Source: Squalus acanthias
Taxonomy: Eukaryota
Reading direction: 5' to 3'
Assembly (NCBI GenBank): GCA_030390025.1
Contig: JASTWF010000035.1
Span: 3,534,001-3,598,000, forward strand
Length of the DNA: 64,000 nt
Each line of letters opens with the position of its first letter. The first letter of the stretch is position 1. The position numbers were made by a program, and so were the translations under genes. Shown here in pieces: positions 12,532 to 27,100 of the stretch. The notes beneath the pieces were generated by a model. That model had not been told where the DNA came from. It made no database searches and worked only from the letters and a program-made list of their open reading frames with translations.

Positions 12532-13840
12532 CTAATCAATCAGGTTTCTGCCCTTGCCACAGTACCGAAATGGCTCTCATCAAAGTCACAAATGACATCC
12601 TTTGTGACTGTGACAAAGATAAACTATCCCTCCTCGTCCTTCTTGACTTGTCTGCAGCCTTTGACATGGTTGACCACTCCATCCTTCTCCAACGCCTCTA
12701 CACCATCGTCCAGCTGGGTGGGACTGCACTCGCCTATCTATGTAATCATAGCCAGAGAATCACCTACATTGGCTTCTCTTCCTGCTCCCACATCGTTACC
12801 TCTGGTGTCCCCCAAGGATCTATCCTTGGCCCCTCCTATTTCTCATCTATATGCTGCCCCTCGGCGACATCATCCGAAAACACAGCATCAGTTTCCACAT
12901 GTACGCTGATGACACCCAGCGCTACCTCACTACCACTTCTCTCGACCCCTCCACGGTTTCTAAATTGTCACACTGCTTGTCCGACATCCAGTACTAGATG
13001 AGCTGAAATTTTCTCCAATTAAATATTGGGAAGACCGAAGCGATTGTCTTCGGACCCTGCCACTAACTCCGTTCCCTAGCCACTGACTCCATTCCTCTTC
13101 CTAGCATCTGTCTGAGGCTGAACCAGACTGTTTGCAACCTTGGTGTCATATTTGACCCTGAAATAAGCTTCCGACCATAGATCTGCGCCATAACTAAGAG
13201 CACCTATTTCCGCCTCCGTAACATCGCCCCCCCTCTGCCCCACCTCAGTTCATCTGCTGCTGAAACCCTCATCCATGCCTTTGTAACCTCTAGACTTGAC
13301 TGTTCCAACGCACTCCTGGCTAGCCTCCAACGTTCTACCCTACGTAAACTTGAGGTCATCCAAAACTCGGCTACCCATCACACCTGTGCTCGCTGACTTA
13401 CATTGGCTCCCGGTTAAGCAACAGCTCGATTTCAAAATTCTCATCCTTGTTTTCAAATCCCTCCGTGGCCTCGCCCCTCCCTATCTCTGTAATCTCCTCC
13501 AGCCCCACAATTCCCCCGAGATATCTGCGCTCCTCTAATTCTGCCCACTTGAGTATCCCTCATTTTAATTGCTCAACCATTGGTGGCTGTGCTTTCAGCT
13601 GCCTAGGTCCTAAGCTCTGGAATTCTCTCCCTAAACCTCTCCGCCTCTCTATCTCTCTTTCCTTCTTTAAGACGCTCCTTGAAACCTATCTCTTTGACCA
13701 AGTATTTGGTCATCTGCCCTAATTTCTCCTTGTGTGACTTGGTGTCAAATTTTTTGTCTTATAGTACTCCTGTGAAGCGCCTTGGGACGTTTTACTAAAT
13801 TAAATGTGCCATCTAAATACAAGTTGTTGTAGTTGTTGTT
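12532..13840 (+). mobile_element. L2 LINE fragment
   Basis: HSTEMAL, LLDLSAAFD, GVPQGSILGP and LHWLPV motifs; GTGAAGCGCCTTGGG...(GTT)n 3' end. Confidence 0.88.
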
Positions 13841-14345
13841 GAATGAAAGAATAGAGAGCCGTATATCTAAGTTTGCTGATGATACTAAGTTAGGAGGCAC
13901 AGTAAATAGTGTAGATGGGAGCAGAAAGTTGCAAAGAGACATTGATAGATTAAGTGAGTGAGCAAAACTGTGGCAGATTTAGTTCATTGTGGTAAAGTGT
14001 GAGGTCACCCACTTTGGACTGAAGAAAGATTGATCAGTGTATTTTCTCAATGGTGAGAAGCTGGGAACTGCAGCTGAGCACAGAGATTTAGGGTCCAAGT
14101 ACAGAAATCACTAAAAGCTAGTGGACAGGTACGAAAAATAATTAAAAATGCTAATGGCATGTTATCTCAAGAGGGCTGGAATATAAAAGGGTGGAAGTTA
14201 TGTTATAGCTGTACACAGCTGTGGTTAGACCCCATCTGGAGTACTGTGTTCAGTTCTGGACGGGTAGATGGAGTTAAGCCATGATCTAATTGAATGGTGG
14301 AACAGGCTCGAGGGGCTGATTGGCCGCCTCCTCTTCCTATGTTTC
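13841..14345 (+). mobile_element. Decayed CR1 3' fragment
   Basis: KFADD-coding sequence and CR1 3' UTR. Confidence 0.75.
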
Positions 14346-14704
14346 TAATCCCATGTGGCAACTTGTACCTGCAGCTCAGCAAACTTATTTGCCACACTCT
14401 GTGCATTTACTCACATGCACTCCAAACCCAGCTTAGTCTGTCTTGTATTTCTTCCCTGTCTGATCCCTCCCATTTCTGAATTACTCTTTATCCTAACTAC
14501 ACAGTAGTTTACTTAACATCTAATGATAACCTGTCAACTCTATTATTATTTGCATAAAATTAAAGTTCAGTTAGAAGGGGGAAAAAAGTAAAAAATGCTC
14601 CACGTGTCACTGTTTGCATGCTCACCATAGGAAATTTTTAACAAGCTGAATTGTCTGCCTTTGTGGTTTAATATTTTCTCTTTTTGCCCTGTTGATTTTT
14701 GCAG

Positions 14705-14915
14705 AGAAGTGTTACAGATTGATCAGTTCTTACAAGAGACAGCAGCCCGAGAAGCAAATGCGAAGGTCCGCCTGCAGCAGTTCATTGAGGAACTTTTGGA
14801 CAGAGCAGACAGGGCCGAAAAGCAGCTCATGGTGATCAGTAGTTGTGGTACGACTCCCAATGGCAGTCTGGGAAGATGCAGCAACCCAGGGGCAAAGGGA
14901 ATTAGCAGACAACAG
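14705..14915 (+). CDS. FBXO41: FBXO41 coding exon 2
   Basis: Polypyrimidine tract and TTTTGCAG acceptor; CA+A=Gln, then EVLQIDQFLQETAAREANAKVRLQQFIEELLDRADRAEKQL; donor CAG|GTACTT, phase 0. Confidence 0.93.
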
Positions 14916-14957
14916 GTACTTGGATTGTACATATTCAGCAATTCAAAATCAAATTGG

Positions 14958-17900
14958 GAGGTTTGCTAGTGCTGTTGGGGAGGGTTTAAATGAACTTGAT
15001 GGGGGAACGGGAGCGTAGATTCAGAAGGGAGAGAAGCAAAGCTGGAAATGGAAGACAGTAAATTAGTAAGTGAGTTTGGAAGGCAGAGAAAACAAAGGCT
15101 AGAAAATAGACAACAAAGGGAATTGGCAGTGCTTAATGGTATATACTTCAATGCAAGGAGTCTAGTGAATAAGGCAGATGAGCTGAGGGCACAGATAGAC
15201 ACGTGGAAGTATGATATCATAGCTATTACTGAAACACGGCTGAAAGAAGGGCAGGAATGGCAGCTCAACATTCCTGGTTACAGTATTTTCAGACGAGATA
15301 GAGAGGGGGATAAAAAAGGAGGGGGGGTAGCAATATTGGTTGAAGAAACAATTGCAGCTGTGAGGAGGGATGACATGTTAGAAGGGTCATCAAATGAGGC
15401 AATATGTGTTGAACTGAAGAACAAAAAAGGGGCAAGTACACTGCTGGGAGTGTACTATAGACCCCCAACTAGTTGGAGGGAGATAGAAGAGCATATATGT
15501 AGGCAAATTTCTGAGAAGTGTAAAAACAACAGGGCAGTAATAGTAGCGGGTTTCAACTACCCTAACTAGATCCCTTGCTTTTTGTGGTATATATCAATGA
15601 TCTAGACTTGAATATAGGGGGTATGATTAAGAAGTTTGCAGCTGATACTAAAATCGGCTGTGTGGTTGATACTGAAGAAGGAAGCTGTAGACTGCAGGAA
15701 GATATCAATAAATTGGTCAGGTGGGCAGAACAGTGGCAAATGGAATTCAATCCGGAGAAGTGTGAGGTAATGCATTTGGGGAGGGCTAACAAGGAAAGGG
15801 AATACACATTAAATGGTAGGACACTGAGTAGTGTAGAGGAACAAAGGGACCTTGGAGTGCATGTCCACAGATCCCTGAAGGTAGCAGGCCAGGTAGATAA
15901 GGTGGTTAAGAAGGCATAGGGAACGCTTGCCTTTATTAGCCGTGGCATAGAATACAAGAGCAGGTGGGTTATGCTTCAACTGTATAAAACACTAGTTAGG
16001 CCTCAGCTAGAGTACTGCGTGCAGTTCTGGTCACCACATTACAGGAAAGATGCGATTGCACTAGAGAGGGTACAGAGGAGATTTACAAGGATGTTGCCGG
16101 GAGTAGAGAATCTTAGCTATGAGGAAAGACTGGATAGGCTGGGTTTGTTTTCCTTGGAACAGAGGAGGCTGATGGGAGACCTTATTGAGGTGTATAAAAT
16201 TATGAGGGGCATAGATAAAGTGGATAGAAAGGACCTATTTCCCTTAGCAGAGGGGTCAAAAACCAAGGTGTACAGGTTTAAAGTAATTGGTGGAAGGTTT
16301 AGAGGGGATTTGAGGGGAAATTTCTTCACCCAGAGGGTTGTGGGGGTCTGGAACTCACTGCCTGAAAGGGTGGTAGAGGCAGAAACCCTAACCACATTTA
16401 AAAAGTATTTGGATGTGTACTTGGGATGCTGTAACCTGCAGGGCTATGGACCTAGAGCTGGGAAGTGGGATTAGGCTGGATAGCTCTTTGTTGACCGGCG
16501 CGGACACGATGGGCCGAAATGGCCTCCTTCCGTGCTGTAACTTTCTATGATTCTATGATTAACTGGGATAGAATCATTGTGAAAGGTATAGAGGGCGCAG
16601 AATTCTTAAAATGCATTCAGGAGAACTTTTTTAGCCAGTACGTAGCAAGCCCAACAAGAGAGGAGCGGTTCTGGACTTAGTTTTAGGGAATGAAGCTGGG
16701 CAGGTGGAAAGGGTATCAGTGGGAGAGCATTTTGGTGGTAGGGATCATAATTCAGTTAGATTTAGCATAGTTGTGGAAAAGGACAAAGATAGATCAGGAG
16801 TAAAAGTTCTCAATTGGGGAAAGGCCAATTTTACTAAGCTGAGATGTGATTTAGCAAAAGTAGACTGGAAACAGCTACTTGAAGGTAAATCAGTGTCAGA
16901 GCAGTGGGAGGCATTCAAGGAGGAGATAATGGGGGTACAGAGCAAATATGTCCCCACAAAGAAAAAGGGTGGGACTCCCAAATCTAGAGCCCCCTGGATG
17001 ACCAGGGGCATACAGAGTAGGATAAGGCAAAAAAAGGAAGCCTATGTTAGATACCGAGAGCTAAATACTGCAGAAATCCTAGAGGGGTATAGGAAGTGCA
17101 GGGGTGAAATTAAAACGGAAATTAGGAAAGCAAAGAGAGGGCATGAAAAATATTGGCCAGTAAATACAAGCAAAACCCAAAGATGTTTTATAAATACATT
17201 AAGAGTAAGAGGATAACTAAAGAAAGAGTTGGGCCTATTAGAGACCAAAAAGGAAGCTTGTGTGTGGAGGCGGAAGACGTGGGTATGGTTCTTAATGAAT
17301 ACTTTGTGTCTGTCTTCACAAAAGAGAGGGACGATGTAGACATTGCAGTTAAGGAGGAGGAGTGAGAAATATTAGATGAGATAAACATATTGAGCGAGGA
17401 AGCATTAAGGGGTTTAGCATCTTTGAAAGTAGATAAATTGCCAGGCCCGGATGAAATGTATCCCAGGCTGTTAAGGGAAGCAAGGGAGGAAATAGCGGAG
17501 GCTCTGACCATCATTTTTCAATCCTCTCTGGCTATAGGTGTGGTGCTGGAGGATTGCTAATGTTTTATAGTTGTTTAAAAAGGGAGAAAGGGATAGACCG
17601 AGTAATTAGAGGCCAGTCAGCCTAACCTCGGTGGTGGGCAAATTGTTGGAAAAAGTTCTGAGGGACAGTATAAATCATCATTTAGAAAGGCACGGATTAA
17701 TCAAGGACAGTCAGCATGGATTTGTTAAGGGCAGGTCATGTCTGACTAACTTGATTGAATTTTTTGAGGAGGCAACGAGGAGGATTGATGAGGGTAGTGC
17801 GATGATGTAGTCTACATGGATCAAGGCTTTTGACAAGGTCCCACATGGCAGACTGGTCAGAAAAGTAAAAGCCCATGGGATCCAAGGGAAAGTGGCAAGT

Positions 17901-19365
17901 TTGATCCAAAATTGGCTCAGTGGCAGGAAGAAAAGGGTAATGGTTGACGGATATTTTTCTGACTGGAAAGCTGTTTCCAGTGGGGTTCCGCAGGGCTCAG
18001 TACTAGGTCCCTTGCTTTTTGTGGTATACATTAATGATTTAGACTTCAATGTAGGGGGCATGATTAAGAAGTTTGCAAATTATACAAAAATTGGCCGCAT
18101 GGTTTGTAGTGAGGAAGAAAGCTGTAGACTGCAGGAAGATATCAGTGGACTGGTCAGGTGGGCAGAAAAGTGCCAAATAGAATTCAATCCAGAGAAGTGT
18201 GAGGTAACGCATTTGGGGAGGGCTAACAAGGCAAGTGAATACACAATAAATGGTAGGATACTGAGAACTGTAGAGGAACAGAGATAACTTGGAGTGCATG
18301 TCCACAGATCCCTGAAGGTAGCAGGACAGATAGAAAAGCTGGTTAAGAAGGCATATGGGATACTTTCCTTTATTAGCCAAGGCATAGAATATAAGAGCAG
18401 GGAGGTTATGCTTGAACTGTATAAACCACTAGTTAGGCCACAGCTAGAATACTGTGTACAGTTCTGGTTACCACATTACGGGAAAGATGTGCTTGCACTA
18501 GAGCGGGTACAGATGAGATTTACGAGGATGTTGCCAGGACTGGAGAATTTTAACTATGAGGAAAGATTGGATGGGCTGCGGTTGTTATAGAATCATAGAA
18601 TCGTTACAGCACAGTAGGAGGCCATTCGGCCTGTCGAGCCCATGCCGGCTCTCTGCAAGAGCACTTTGGCTAGTCCTGATCCCCTGCCCTTTCTCCATAG
18701 CCCTGCAATTTTTTTTTCCTTCAGGTACTTATCTAATTCCATTTTGAAAGCCACGATTGAATCTGCCTCCACCACCCTTTCAGGCAGTGCATTCCAGATC
18801 ATAACCACTCGCTGCATAAAAGAGTTTTTCCTCATGTCGCCTTTGGATCTTCCGCCAATCACCTTAAATCTGTGTCCTCTGGTTCTCGACCCTTCCGTCA
18901 ATGGGAACAGTTTCTCTCTATTTACTCTTTCTAAACCCCTCATGATTTTGAATACCTCTATCAAATCTTCTCTTTAGAACAGAGAAGGCTGAGGGGAGAC
19001 TTGATTGAGGTGTATAAAATTATGAGGGGCCCAGATAAAGTGGATAGGAAGGACTTTTTTCCCCTAGCAGAGAGGTGAATAACTAGGGGGCATAGATTTA
19101 AAGTAATTGGTGGAGGGGAGTTGAGGAGAACGTTTTTCACCCAGAGGATGATGGGGTTCTGGAACTCACTGCCTGTAAGGGTAGTCGAGGCAGAAACCCT
19201 CATCACATTTAAAAAGTACTTGGTAATGCACTTGAAGTGCCGTAACTTACAAGGCTACAGACCAAGAGCTGGAAAGTGGGAACAGATTGGATAGCTCTTT
19301 TTCGGCCGGCACGGACACGATTGGTCGAATGACCTCCTCCTGTGCTGTAAACTTCCTTGATTCTA
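14958..19365 (+). mobile_element. CR1 LINE (ORF1 end through ORF2 and tail) with nested CR1s at about 15570-16559 (+) and 18588-18972 (-)
   Basis: YFNARSL and ITET endonuclease ORF at 15048-15569 resumes at 16560; RT motifs at 17700-18590; tail near 19360. Confidence 0.85.
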
Positions 19366-19369
19366 TGCG

Positions 19370-20490
19370 TTATCATTCTGGTAAATCTATACTGCAGTCC
19401 CTCCAAGGCCAGTATATCCTTCCTAAGGTGTGGTGCCCAGAACTGCTCACAGTACTCCAGGTGTAGTTTAACCAGGGCTTTGTATAGTTGGAGCATAACT
19501 TCTGCCCCCTTGTATTCTACTCCCCTAGATATAAAGGCCAGCATTCCATTAGCCTTTTTGATTATTTTCTGTACCTGTCCATGACATTTTAATGATCTAT
19601 ATCCCTGGACCTCCAAGTCTCTTTGGCCCTCCACTGTTTCTAGCTTTTCACCATTTAGAAACTACTCTGTTCTATCCTTTTTAGGTCCAAACTGGATGAC
19701 CTCACATTCGTCTATATTGAAATCCATTTGCCACAGTTTTGCCCATTCGCTTAATCTATTAATATCTCTTTGTAATTTTATTCTTCCATCTACACTGCTT
19801 ACAATACTGCCTATCTTTGTGTCATCGGCAAACTTGATATCTGGCTTTCTATCCCATCATCTAAGTTGTTAATAAATACGGTGAATAGTTCAGGCCCCAA
19901 CACAGATCCTTGCGGGACACCACTAGTCACATGCTGCCAATTGGAGTAGCTGCCCATTATCCCTACTCTCTGTCTCCTGCCGCTCAGCCAATATACTGAC
20001 CAGGTCAATAATTTGCCCACAATCCCATGAGCTTCAACTTTAGCTAACAGTCTCTTATGAGGGACTTTATCAAATGCCTTCTGGAAGTCCACATAAATAA
20101 CATCCATAGACATTCCCCTGTCCACTACTTTAGTCACCTCTTCAAAAAATTAAATCGGGTTCGTCAGGCATGCTGGCTCTCTCTGATCAGCTGAAAATTT
20201 TCAAAGTGTTCAGTCACTCCATTCTTAATTATAAACTCTAGTAATTTCCCGACAACCGATGTTAGGCTAACTGGTCTCTAATTCCCTGGTTTCCCTCTGT
20301 TACGTTTCTTAAATAGCGGAGTGACATTCACAATTTTCCTACCTAAAGGAACAGTTCCCAAATCGAGAGAACTTTGGAAGATTATAGTTAGGGCACTTGC
20401 AATGTTCTCACCTACTTCCTTTAAAACCCTGGGATGGAAACATCTGGGTCTGGGGATTTGTCATTCTTTTGTGCAATTACTTCATTACTG
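19370..20490 (-). mobile_element. CR1 RT fragment
   Basis: [21 protein letters not shown] and HLEYC motifs. Confidence 0.82.
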
Positions 20491-20491
20491 C

Positions 20492-23110
20492 TTTTTTAAA
20501 AATTCATTCATGGGATGTGGGCGTCGCTGGCAAGGCCAGCATTTATTGCTCATTCCTAGTTGCCCTTGAGAAGGTGGTGGTGAGCCGCCGCCTTGAACCG
20601 CTGCAGTCCATGTGGTGAAGGTACTCCCACAGTGCTGTTAGGGAGGGAGTGCCAGGATTTTTACCCAGCGCGATGAAGGAATGGCGATATACTTCCACGT
20701 CAGGATGGTTTGTGACTTGGAGGGGAATTTGGAGGTGGTGATGTTCCCATACGCCTGCTGCCCTTGTCCTTCTAGGTGGTAGAAGTCGCGGGTTTGGGAG
20801 GTGCTGCCAAAGAAGCCTTTGCGAGTTGCTGCAGTGCATCCTGTAGATGATACACACTGCAGCCACGATACGCCGGTGGGGTGGGAGTGAATGTTAAAGA
20901 TGCCAAGTGGGCTGCTTTGTCTTGGATGGTGTCGAGTTTCTTGAGTGTTGTTGGAGATGCACTTATCCAGGCAAGTGGAGAGTATTCCATCACACTCCTG
21001 ACTTGTGCCTTGTAGATGGTGGAAAGGCTTTGGGGAGTCAGGAGGTGAGACACTCGCCGCAGAATACTTAGTCTGTTCTTTTTGCCACAGTATTTATGTG
21101 GCTGGTCCAGTTAAGTTTCTGGTCAGTGGTGACCCTCCCAGGATATTGATGGTGGGCGATTCGGCAATGGTAATGCCATTGAATGTCAAGGGGCGGTGGT
21201 TAGATGCTCACTTGTTGGAGATAGTCATTACCTGGCACTTGTGCGGCGCGAATGTTACCTGCCAGTTCTCAGCCAAAGCCTGACTGCGTCCAGGTCTTGC
21301 TGCATGTGGGCATGGACTGCTTCATTATCTGAGGAGTTGCGAATGGCACTGAACACTGTGCAGTCATCAGCGAACATCCCCACTTCTGACCTTATGATGA
21401 AGCAGCTGAAGATGGTTGGGCCTAGGACACTGCCGTGAGGAACTCCTGCAGCGATGTCCTGGGGCTGTGATGATTGACCTCCAACCACCATAACCATCTT
21501 CCTTTGTGCTAGGTATGACTCCAGCCAGTTGAGAGTTTTCCCCCCCGATTCCCATTGACTTCAGTTTTACTTGGGCTCCTGGATGCCACACTGGGTCAAA
21601 TGCTGCCTTGATGTGGGATTGGGGGTGAGGTACTGACTTGGATAGAGAACTGGTTGGCAGACAGGAAGCAAAAAGTTGGAATAAACAGGTCTTTTTCCGA
21701 GTGGCAGGCAGTGACTAGTGGGGTACCACACGGATCGGTGCTAGGACCCCAATTATTCACAATATATATTAATGATCTAGACGAGGGAACTAGATGTAAT
21801 ATCTCCAAGTTTGCAGACGACACAAAGCTGGGTGGGCGTGTGTGTTGTGAGGAGGATGCAGAGAAACTCCAGTATGATTTGGACAAGTTGGGTGATTGGC
21901 CAGATGCATGGCAGATGCCGTATAATGTGGATAAATGCGAGGTTATCCACTTTGGTGGCAAAAACAGGAAGATTGGGAAAAAGGAAAGTGCAACGAGACC
22001 TGGGTGTCCTTGTGCACCAGTCGTTGAAGGTAAGCATGCAGGTGCAGCAGGCGGTTAAGAAGGCAAATGGTATATTGGCCCTCATAGTGAGAGGATTCGA
22101 GTACAGGAGCAAGGATGTCTTGCTGCAGTTGTACAAGGCCTTGGTGAGACCACACCTTGAGTATTGTGTGCAGTTTTGGTCGCCTTATCTGAGGAAGGAT
22201 GTTCTTGCCATGGAGGGAGTGCAGCGAAGATTCACCAGACTGATACCTGGGATGGCAGGAATGACGTATGAAGAGAGATTGGGACGATTGGGCTTGTATT
22301 CGCTAGAGTTTAGAAGAATGAGAGGGGATCTCATTGAAACTAATAATATTCTAACAGGACTAGACAGACTAGATTCAGGAAGGATGTTCCCGATGGCGGG
22401 GGAGTCCAGAACCAGGGGTCACAGTCTAAGGATAAGGGGTAAGCCATTTAGGACTGAGATGAGGAGGAATATCTTCACCCAGAGAGTGGTGAACCTGTGG
22501 AATTCTCTACCACAGAAGGCAGTTGAGGCCAATTCATTAAATATATTCAAGAAGGAGTTAGATATATTTCTTAAGGCTAAAGGGATCAAGGGATATGGGG
22601 AGACAGCAGGGACAGGGTACTGAATTTGGATGATCAGCCATGATCTCATTAAATGGCGGAGCAGGCTCGAGGGGCCGAATGGCCTACTCCTGCTCCTATC
22701 TTCTATGTTTCTATGTCAAGGGCAGTCACTCTCACCTCACCTCTGGAATTCAGCTGTAATGAGGTCTGGAGCCAAGTGGTCCTGGCGGAACCCAAACTGG
22801 GCATCAGTGAGCAGGTTATTGGTGAGTAAGTGCCGCTTGATAGCACTGTCTACGACACCTTCCATCACTTTGCTGATGATTGAGAGTAGACTGATGGGGC
22901 GGTAATTGGCCAGATTGGATTTGTCCTGCTTTTTGTGGACAGAACATACCTGGGCAGTTTTCCACAATGTCGGATAGATGCCAGTGTTATAGCTGTATTG
23001 GAACAGCTTGGCTAGAGGCGTGGCTAGTTCTGGAGTACAAGTCTTCAGCACGACAGCCGGGATGTTGTCGGGGCCCACAGCCTTTGCTGTATCCAGTGCA
23101 CTCAGCCGTT
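20492..23110 (-). mobile_element. Second-family (RSg-1-like) LINE 3' half, split by the CR1 at 21615-22715
   Basis: Reverse-strand tail ending ...CCCACATCCCATGAATGAA-polyA; YKAQVRSVMEY motif; GCCTTGATGT|CAAGGGCAG continuity across the insert. Confidence 0.82.
21615..22715 (+). mobile_element. HER1-like CR1 3' portion
   Basis: RT C-terminus plus 3' UTR and tail; very similar to 5532-7258. Confidence 0.9.
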
Positions 23111-23134
23111 TTGGGTGAAAATAAGCTGAGTGGG

Positions 23135-24195
23135 TCAGGAACACTATATCTGAATGCGCTAAGCATTCGCAACAAAATAGATGAATTAATAGTGCAGATT
23201 GAAATTAACAGGTTTGATCTAATAGCCATAACGGAGACGTGGTTGTGAACTAAATATTCCAGGATACTTAACATTTAGAAGAGATAGGCAAAATGGAAAA
23301 GGAGGAGGGGTAGCCCTGATAATAAAGGATAAAGACCGTAGAGAGAAAGGATCTCAGCTCGGAAAATCAAGTAGAATCAGTTTGGGTGGAGCTAAGAAAC
23401 AGCAAGGGGCAGAAAACATTGGTGGGAGTTGTTTATAGGCCCCAAAACAGTAGTCTCCCTCCCTTCTTAAATAGGGGCGTTAGATTTGCGGTTTTCCAAT
23501 CCGCTGGGACCTCTCCAGAATCCAGGGAATTTTGGTAGATTGCAACCAATGCATCCACTATCTCTGCAGCCACTTCTTTTAAGACCCTAGGATGCAGGCC
23601 ATCGTGTCCAGGGGACTTGTCCACCTTTAGTCCCATTATTTTACCGAGTACTTTTTCTTTAGTGATAGTGATTGTTTTAAGTTCCCCCCTCCCTCTAGCC
23701 CCTTGATAGTTTTATTGGGATGGTTTTAGTGTCTTCTACCGTGAAGATTGATACAAAATATTTGTTCACCGTCTCTGCCATTTACCTGTTCCCCATTATT
23801 AATTCCCCAGTCTCATCCTCTAAGGGACCAACGTTTACTTTAGCTACTCTCTTTTTATACACCTGTAGAGGCTCTTACTATCTGTTTTTATATTTCTTGC
23901 TAGTTTACTCTCATAATCCATCGTTACTCTCATAATCCATTTTTTTAGTCGTCCTTTGCTGGTTTTTAAAAATTTCCCAATCCTCTGGCCTTCCACTAAT
24001 CTTGGCAACATTGTATGCCTTTGTTTTCAATTTGATGCCATCCTTTACTTCCTTAGTTAGCCACGGATGGTTCTCCCTTCTCTTAGAGTGTTTCCTTCTC
24101 ACTGGAATATACTTTTGTTGAGGGTTATGAAGTATCTCCTTAAATGTCTGCCATTGCTTATTCACCATCTTACCCTTTAATCTATTTTCCCAGTC
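23135..24195. mobile_element. CR1 fragments in opposite orientations (+ endonuclease 23135-23455; - linker 23455-24195)
   Basis: LYLNALSIRNK on +; KSPGHDGLHPRVLKE on -. Confidence 0.75.
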
Positions 24196-27100
24196 CATAA
24201 GAACATAAGAAATAGGAGCAGGAGTAGGCCATTCGGCACTTCGAGCATGCTCCGCCATTCAATGAGATCATGGCTGATCTTCTGCCTCAACTCTATTCAC
24301 CGGCCCTATCGCCATATCCCTTGATGCCCTTACTAGTCAGAAATCTATCGACTTCTGTTTTGAATATACCCAATGACTGAGCCTCCACAGCCCTCTGGGG
24401 TAGATAATTCCAAAGATTCACCACCCTCTGTGTGAAGAAATTTCTTCTCATCTCAGCCCTGAATGGCCTACCCTTTATCCTGAGGCTGTGGCCCCTGGTT
24501 CTAGACTCCCCAGCTAAGGGAAACATTCTCCCAGCATCCACCCTATCAAGCCCTGTAATAATTTTGTATGCTTCAATGAGATCCCCTTTCATTCTTCTGA
24601 ATTCAAGAGAATACAGGTCTAGTTTACTCAATCTCTTCTCATACGACAGTCCCGCCATCCCAGGAATCAATCTCGTGAACCTTCGTTGCACTCCCTCTAT
24701 GGCAAGTATATCTTTCCTTAGGTAAGGAGACCAAAATTGTACAGAGTACTGACGGTGTGGTCTGACCAAGGCCCTATATAATTGGAGAAAGACTTCTTTA
24801 CTCCTGTACTCAAATCCTCTTGTAATGAAGGCCAGCATACCATTTGCCTTCCTAATGGCTTGCTGCACCTGCACATTCACTTTCAGTGACTCATGTACAA
24901 GGACACCCAGGTCCCTTTGAGCATCTGCATTCCCCAATCTTTCACCATTTAGGAAATACTCTGCCTTTCTGTTTTTTCTACCAAAGTGGATAACTTCACA
25001 TTTATCCACATTATATTCCATCTGCCATGTTCTTGCCCACTCACTGAGCCTGTCGAGATCCCCTTGAAGCCTCTTCACATCCTCTTCGCAACTGACACTG
25101 CCACCTAGCTTTGTATCATCAGCAAATTTTGAAATGTTACGTTTAGTCCCCTCATCCAAATCATTGATATAGATTGTGATTAGCTGGGGCCCAAGCACCG
25201 ATCCTTGCGGTACCCCACTAGTCACAGCCTGCCATCCTGAAAAAGACCTGTTTATCCCTACTCTTTGTTTTCTGTCTGTTAACCAATTCTCAATCCATGC
25301 TAGTATATTACCCCCAATTCCATGTGCCCTAATTTTGTTCACCAACCTCTTGTGTGGGATCTTAGCGAAGGCCTTTTTGAAAATCCAAATACACCACATC
25401 TACCAGTTCCCCTTTGTCTACTCCACTAGTTACATCCTCAAAGAACTCCAATAGGTTTGTTAAACAGGATTTCCCTTTCATAAATCCATGTTGACTCTGC
25501 CCAATCTTACTATTAGTTTCTAAGTGCCCAGTTATTGCATCCTTTATAATAGATTCCAGCATTTTCCCAACTACTGATGTGAGGCTAACAGGTCTGTAGT
25601 TCCCGGTTTTCTTCTCTCACTCGTTTCTGAAATAGCAAGTTTACATTTGCTATCTTCCAATCAGCAGGAACCGATCCAGAATCTATAGAATTTTGGAAGA
25701 TGACAACCAATGCGTCCACTATCCCAATGGCCACCTCTATCAAAACCCTAGGATGTAGGTCATCCGGTCCTTGGGATTTATCGACTTTTAGTCCCATTAA
25801 TTTTGCTAGTACTGTTTTTTTTACTTATAATAATTTCTTTAAGTTCCTCATTCTCGCCACACCCTTGGTTTTCTCGTATTCCTGGGAGGTTTTTTGTGTC
25901 TTCCTTCGTGAAGACAGAAACAGGATTTATTTAATTTCTCCGCCATTTCCTCATTCCCCATTATAAATACTCCCGTCTCTGACTGTAAAGGACCTACATT
26001 TACCTTCACCAGTCTTTTCCTTTTCACGTACCTATAGAAGCTTTTACAATCCGTTTTTATATTTTTCGCTAGTTTGTGCTCATATTCCATTTTCCCTTTC
26101 TTGATCAATTTCTTGGTCCCCCTTTGCTGATTTCTAAAAAGATCCCAATCTTCAGGCTGACCGCTTTTTCTGGTAACTTTATAAGCTTCCTCCTTTGACT
26201 TCATACTCGCTTTAATTTCTTTTGTTAGCCATGGTTGGATCACTTTTCCTTTTGGGTTTTTATGCCCTAGAGGAATATATTTTTGTTGCAAATTATGCAT
26301 TATTTGCTTGAATGTTAGCCATTGTAAGTCCACCTTCATACCTTTTAATGTAGTTTCCCAATCTACCATGGCCAACTTGTCCCTCACACCTTTGTAGTTT
26401 CCTCTGTTTAGATTGAAGACCTTAGTTTCAGATTGGACTACATCACTCTCAAACTTAATGTAAAATTCAATCATATTATGGTCACTTGTCCCTAAAGGCC
26501 CCTTTACCACAAGATTATTGATTAGCCCTTTCTCATTACACAGTACCAGATTCAGAATAGCCTGTTCCCTGGTTGGTTCCTCCACATACTGATCCAGGAA
26601 ACCATCTCGCATGCATTCCAAGAATTTGTCCTCCACACCATTAGTGGTAATTTGATTTGCCCAGTCAATATGTAGATTAAAGTCCCCCATGATTACCATA
26701 TTGCCCCTGTTACATGCTCTTCTAATTTCTTGATTGATACTGTGCCCTACATTACCACTACTGTTTGGTGGCCTATACACAACTCCCACCAATGTTTTAC
26801 ACCCTTTGCTGTTTCTTAGCTCCACCCAAACCGATTCCAGTTCTATATCACGCTCTGCCGAGCCAAGATCTTTTATCTCTACCGTACCGATCTCATCCCT
26901 TATTAACAGCGCTACGCCACCTCCTTTTCCTTTTTGTCTGTCCTTCCTAAATGTTGAGTACCCTGGAACATTCAGTTCCCAGCTTTGGTTATCCTGCAAC
27001 CATGTCTCTGTAATGGCAATTACATCATACCCATTTACTTCTATTTGTGCCATTAATTCATCCACCTTGTTGCGAATGCTACGTGCATTTAGATAAAGTG

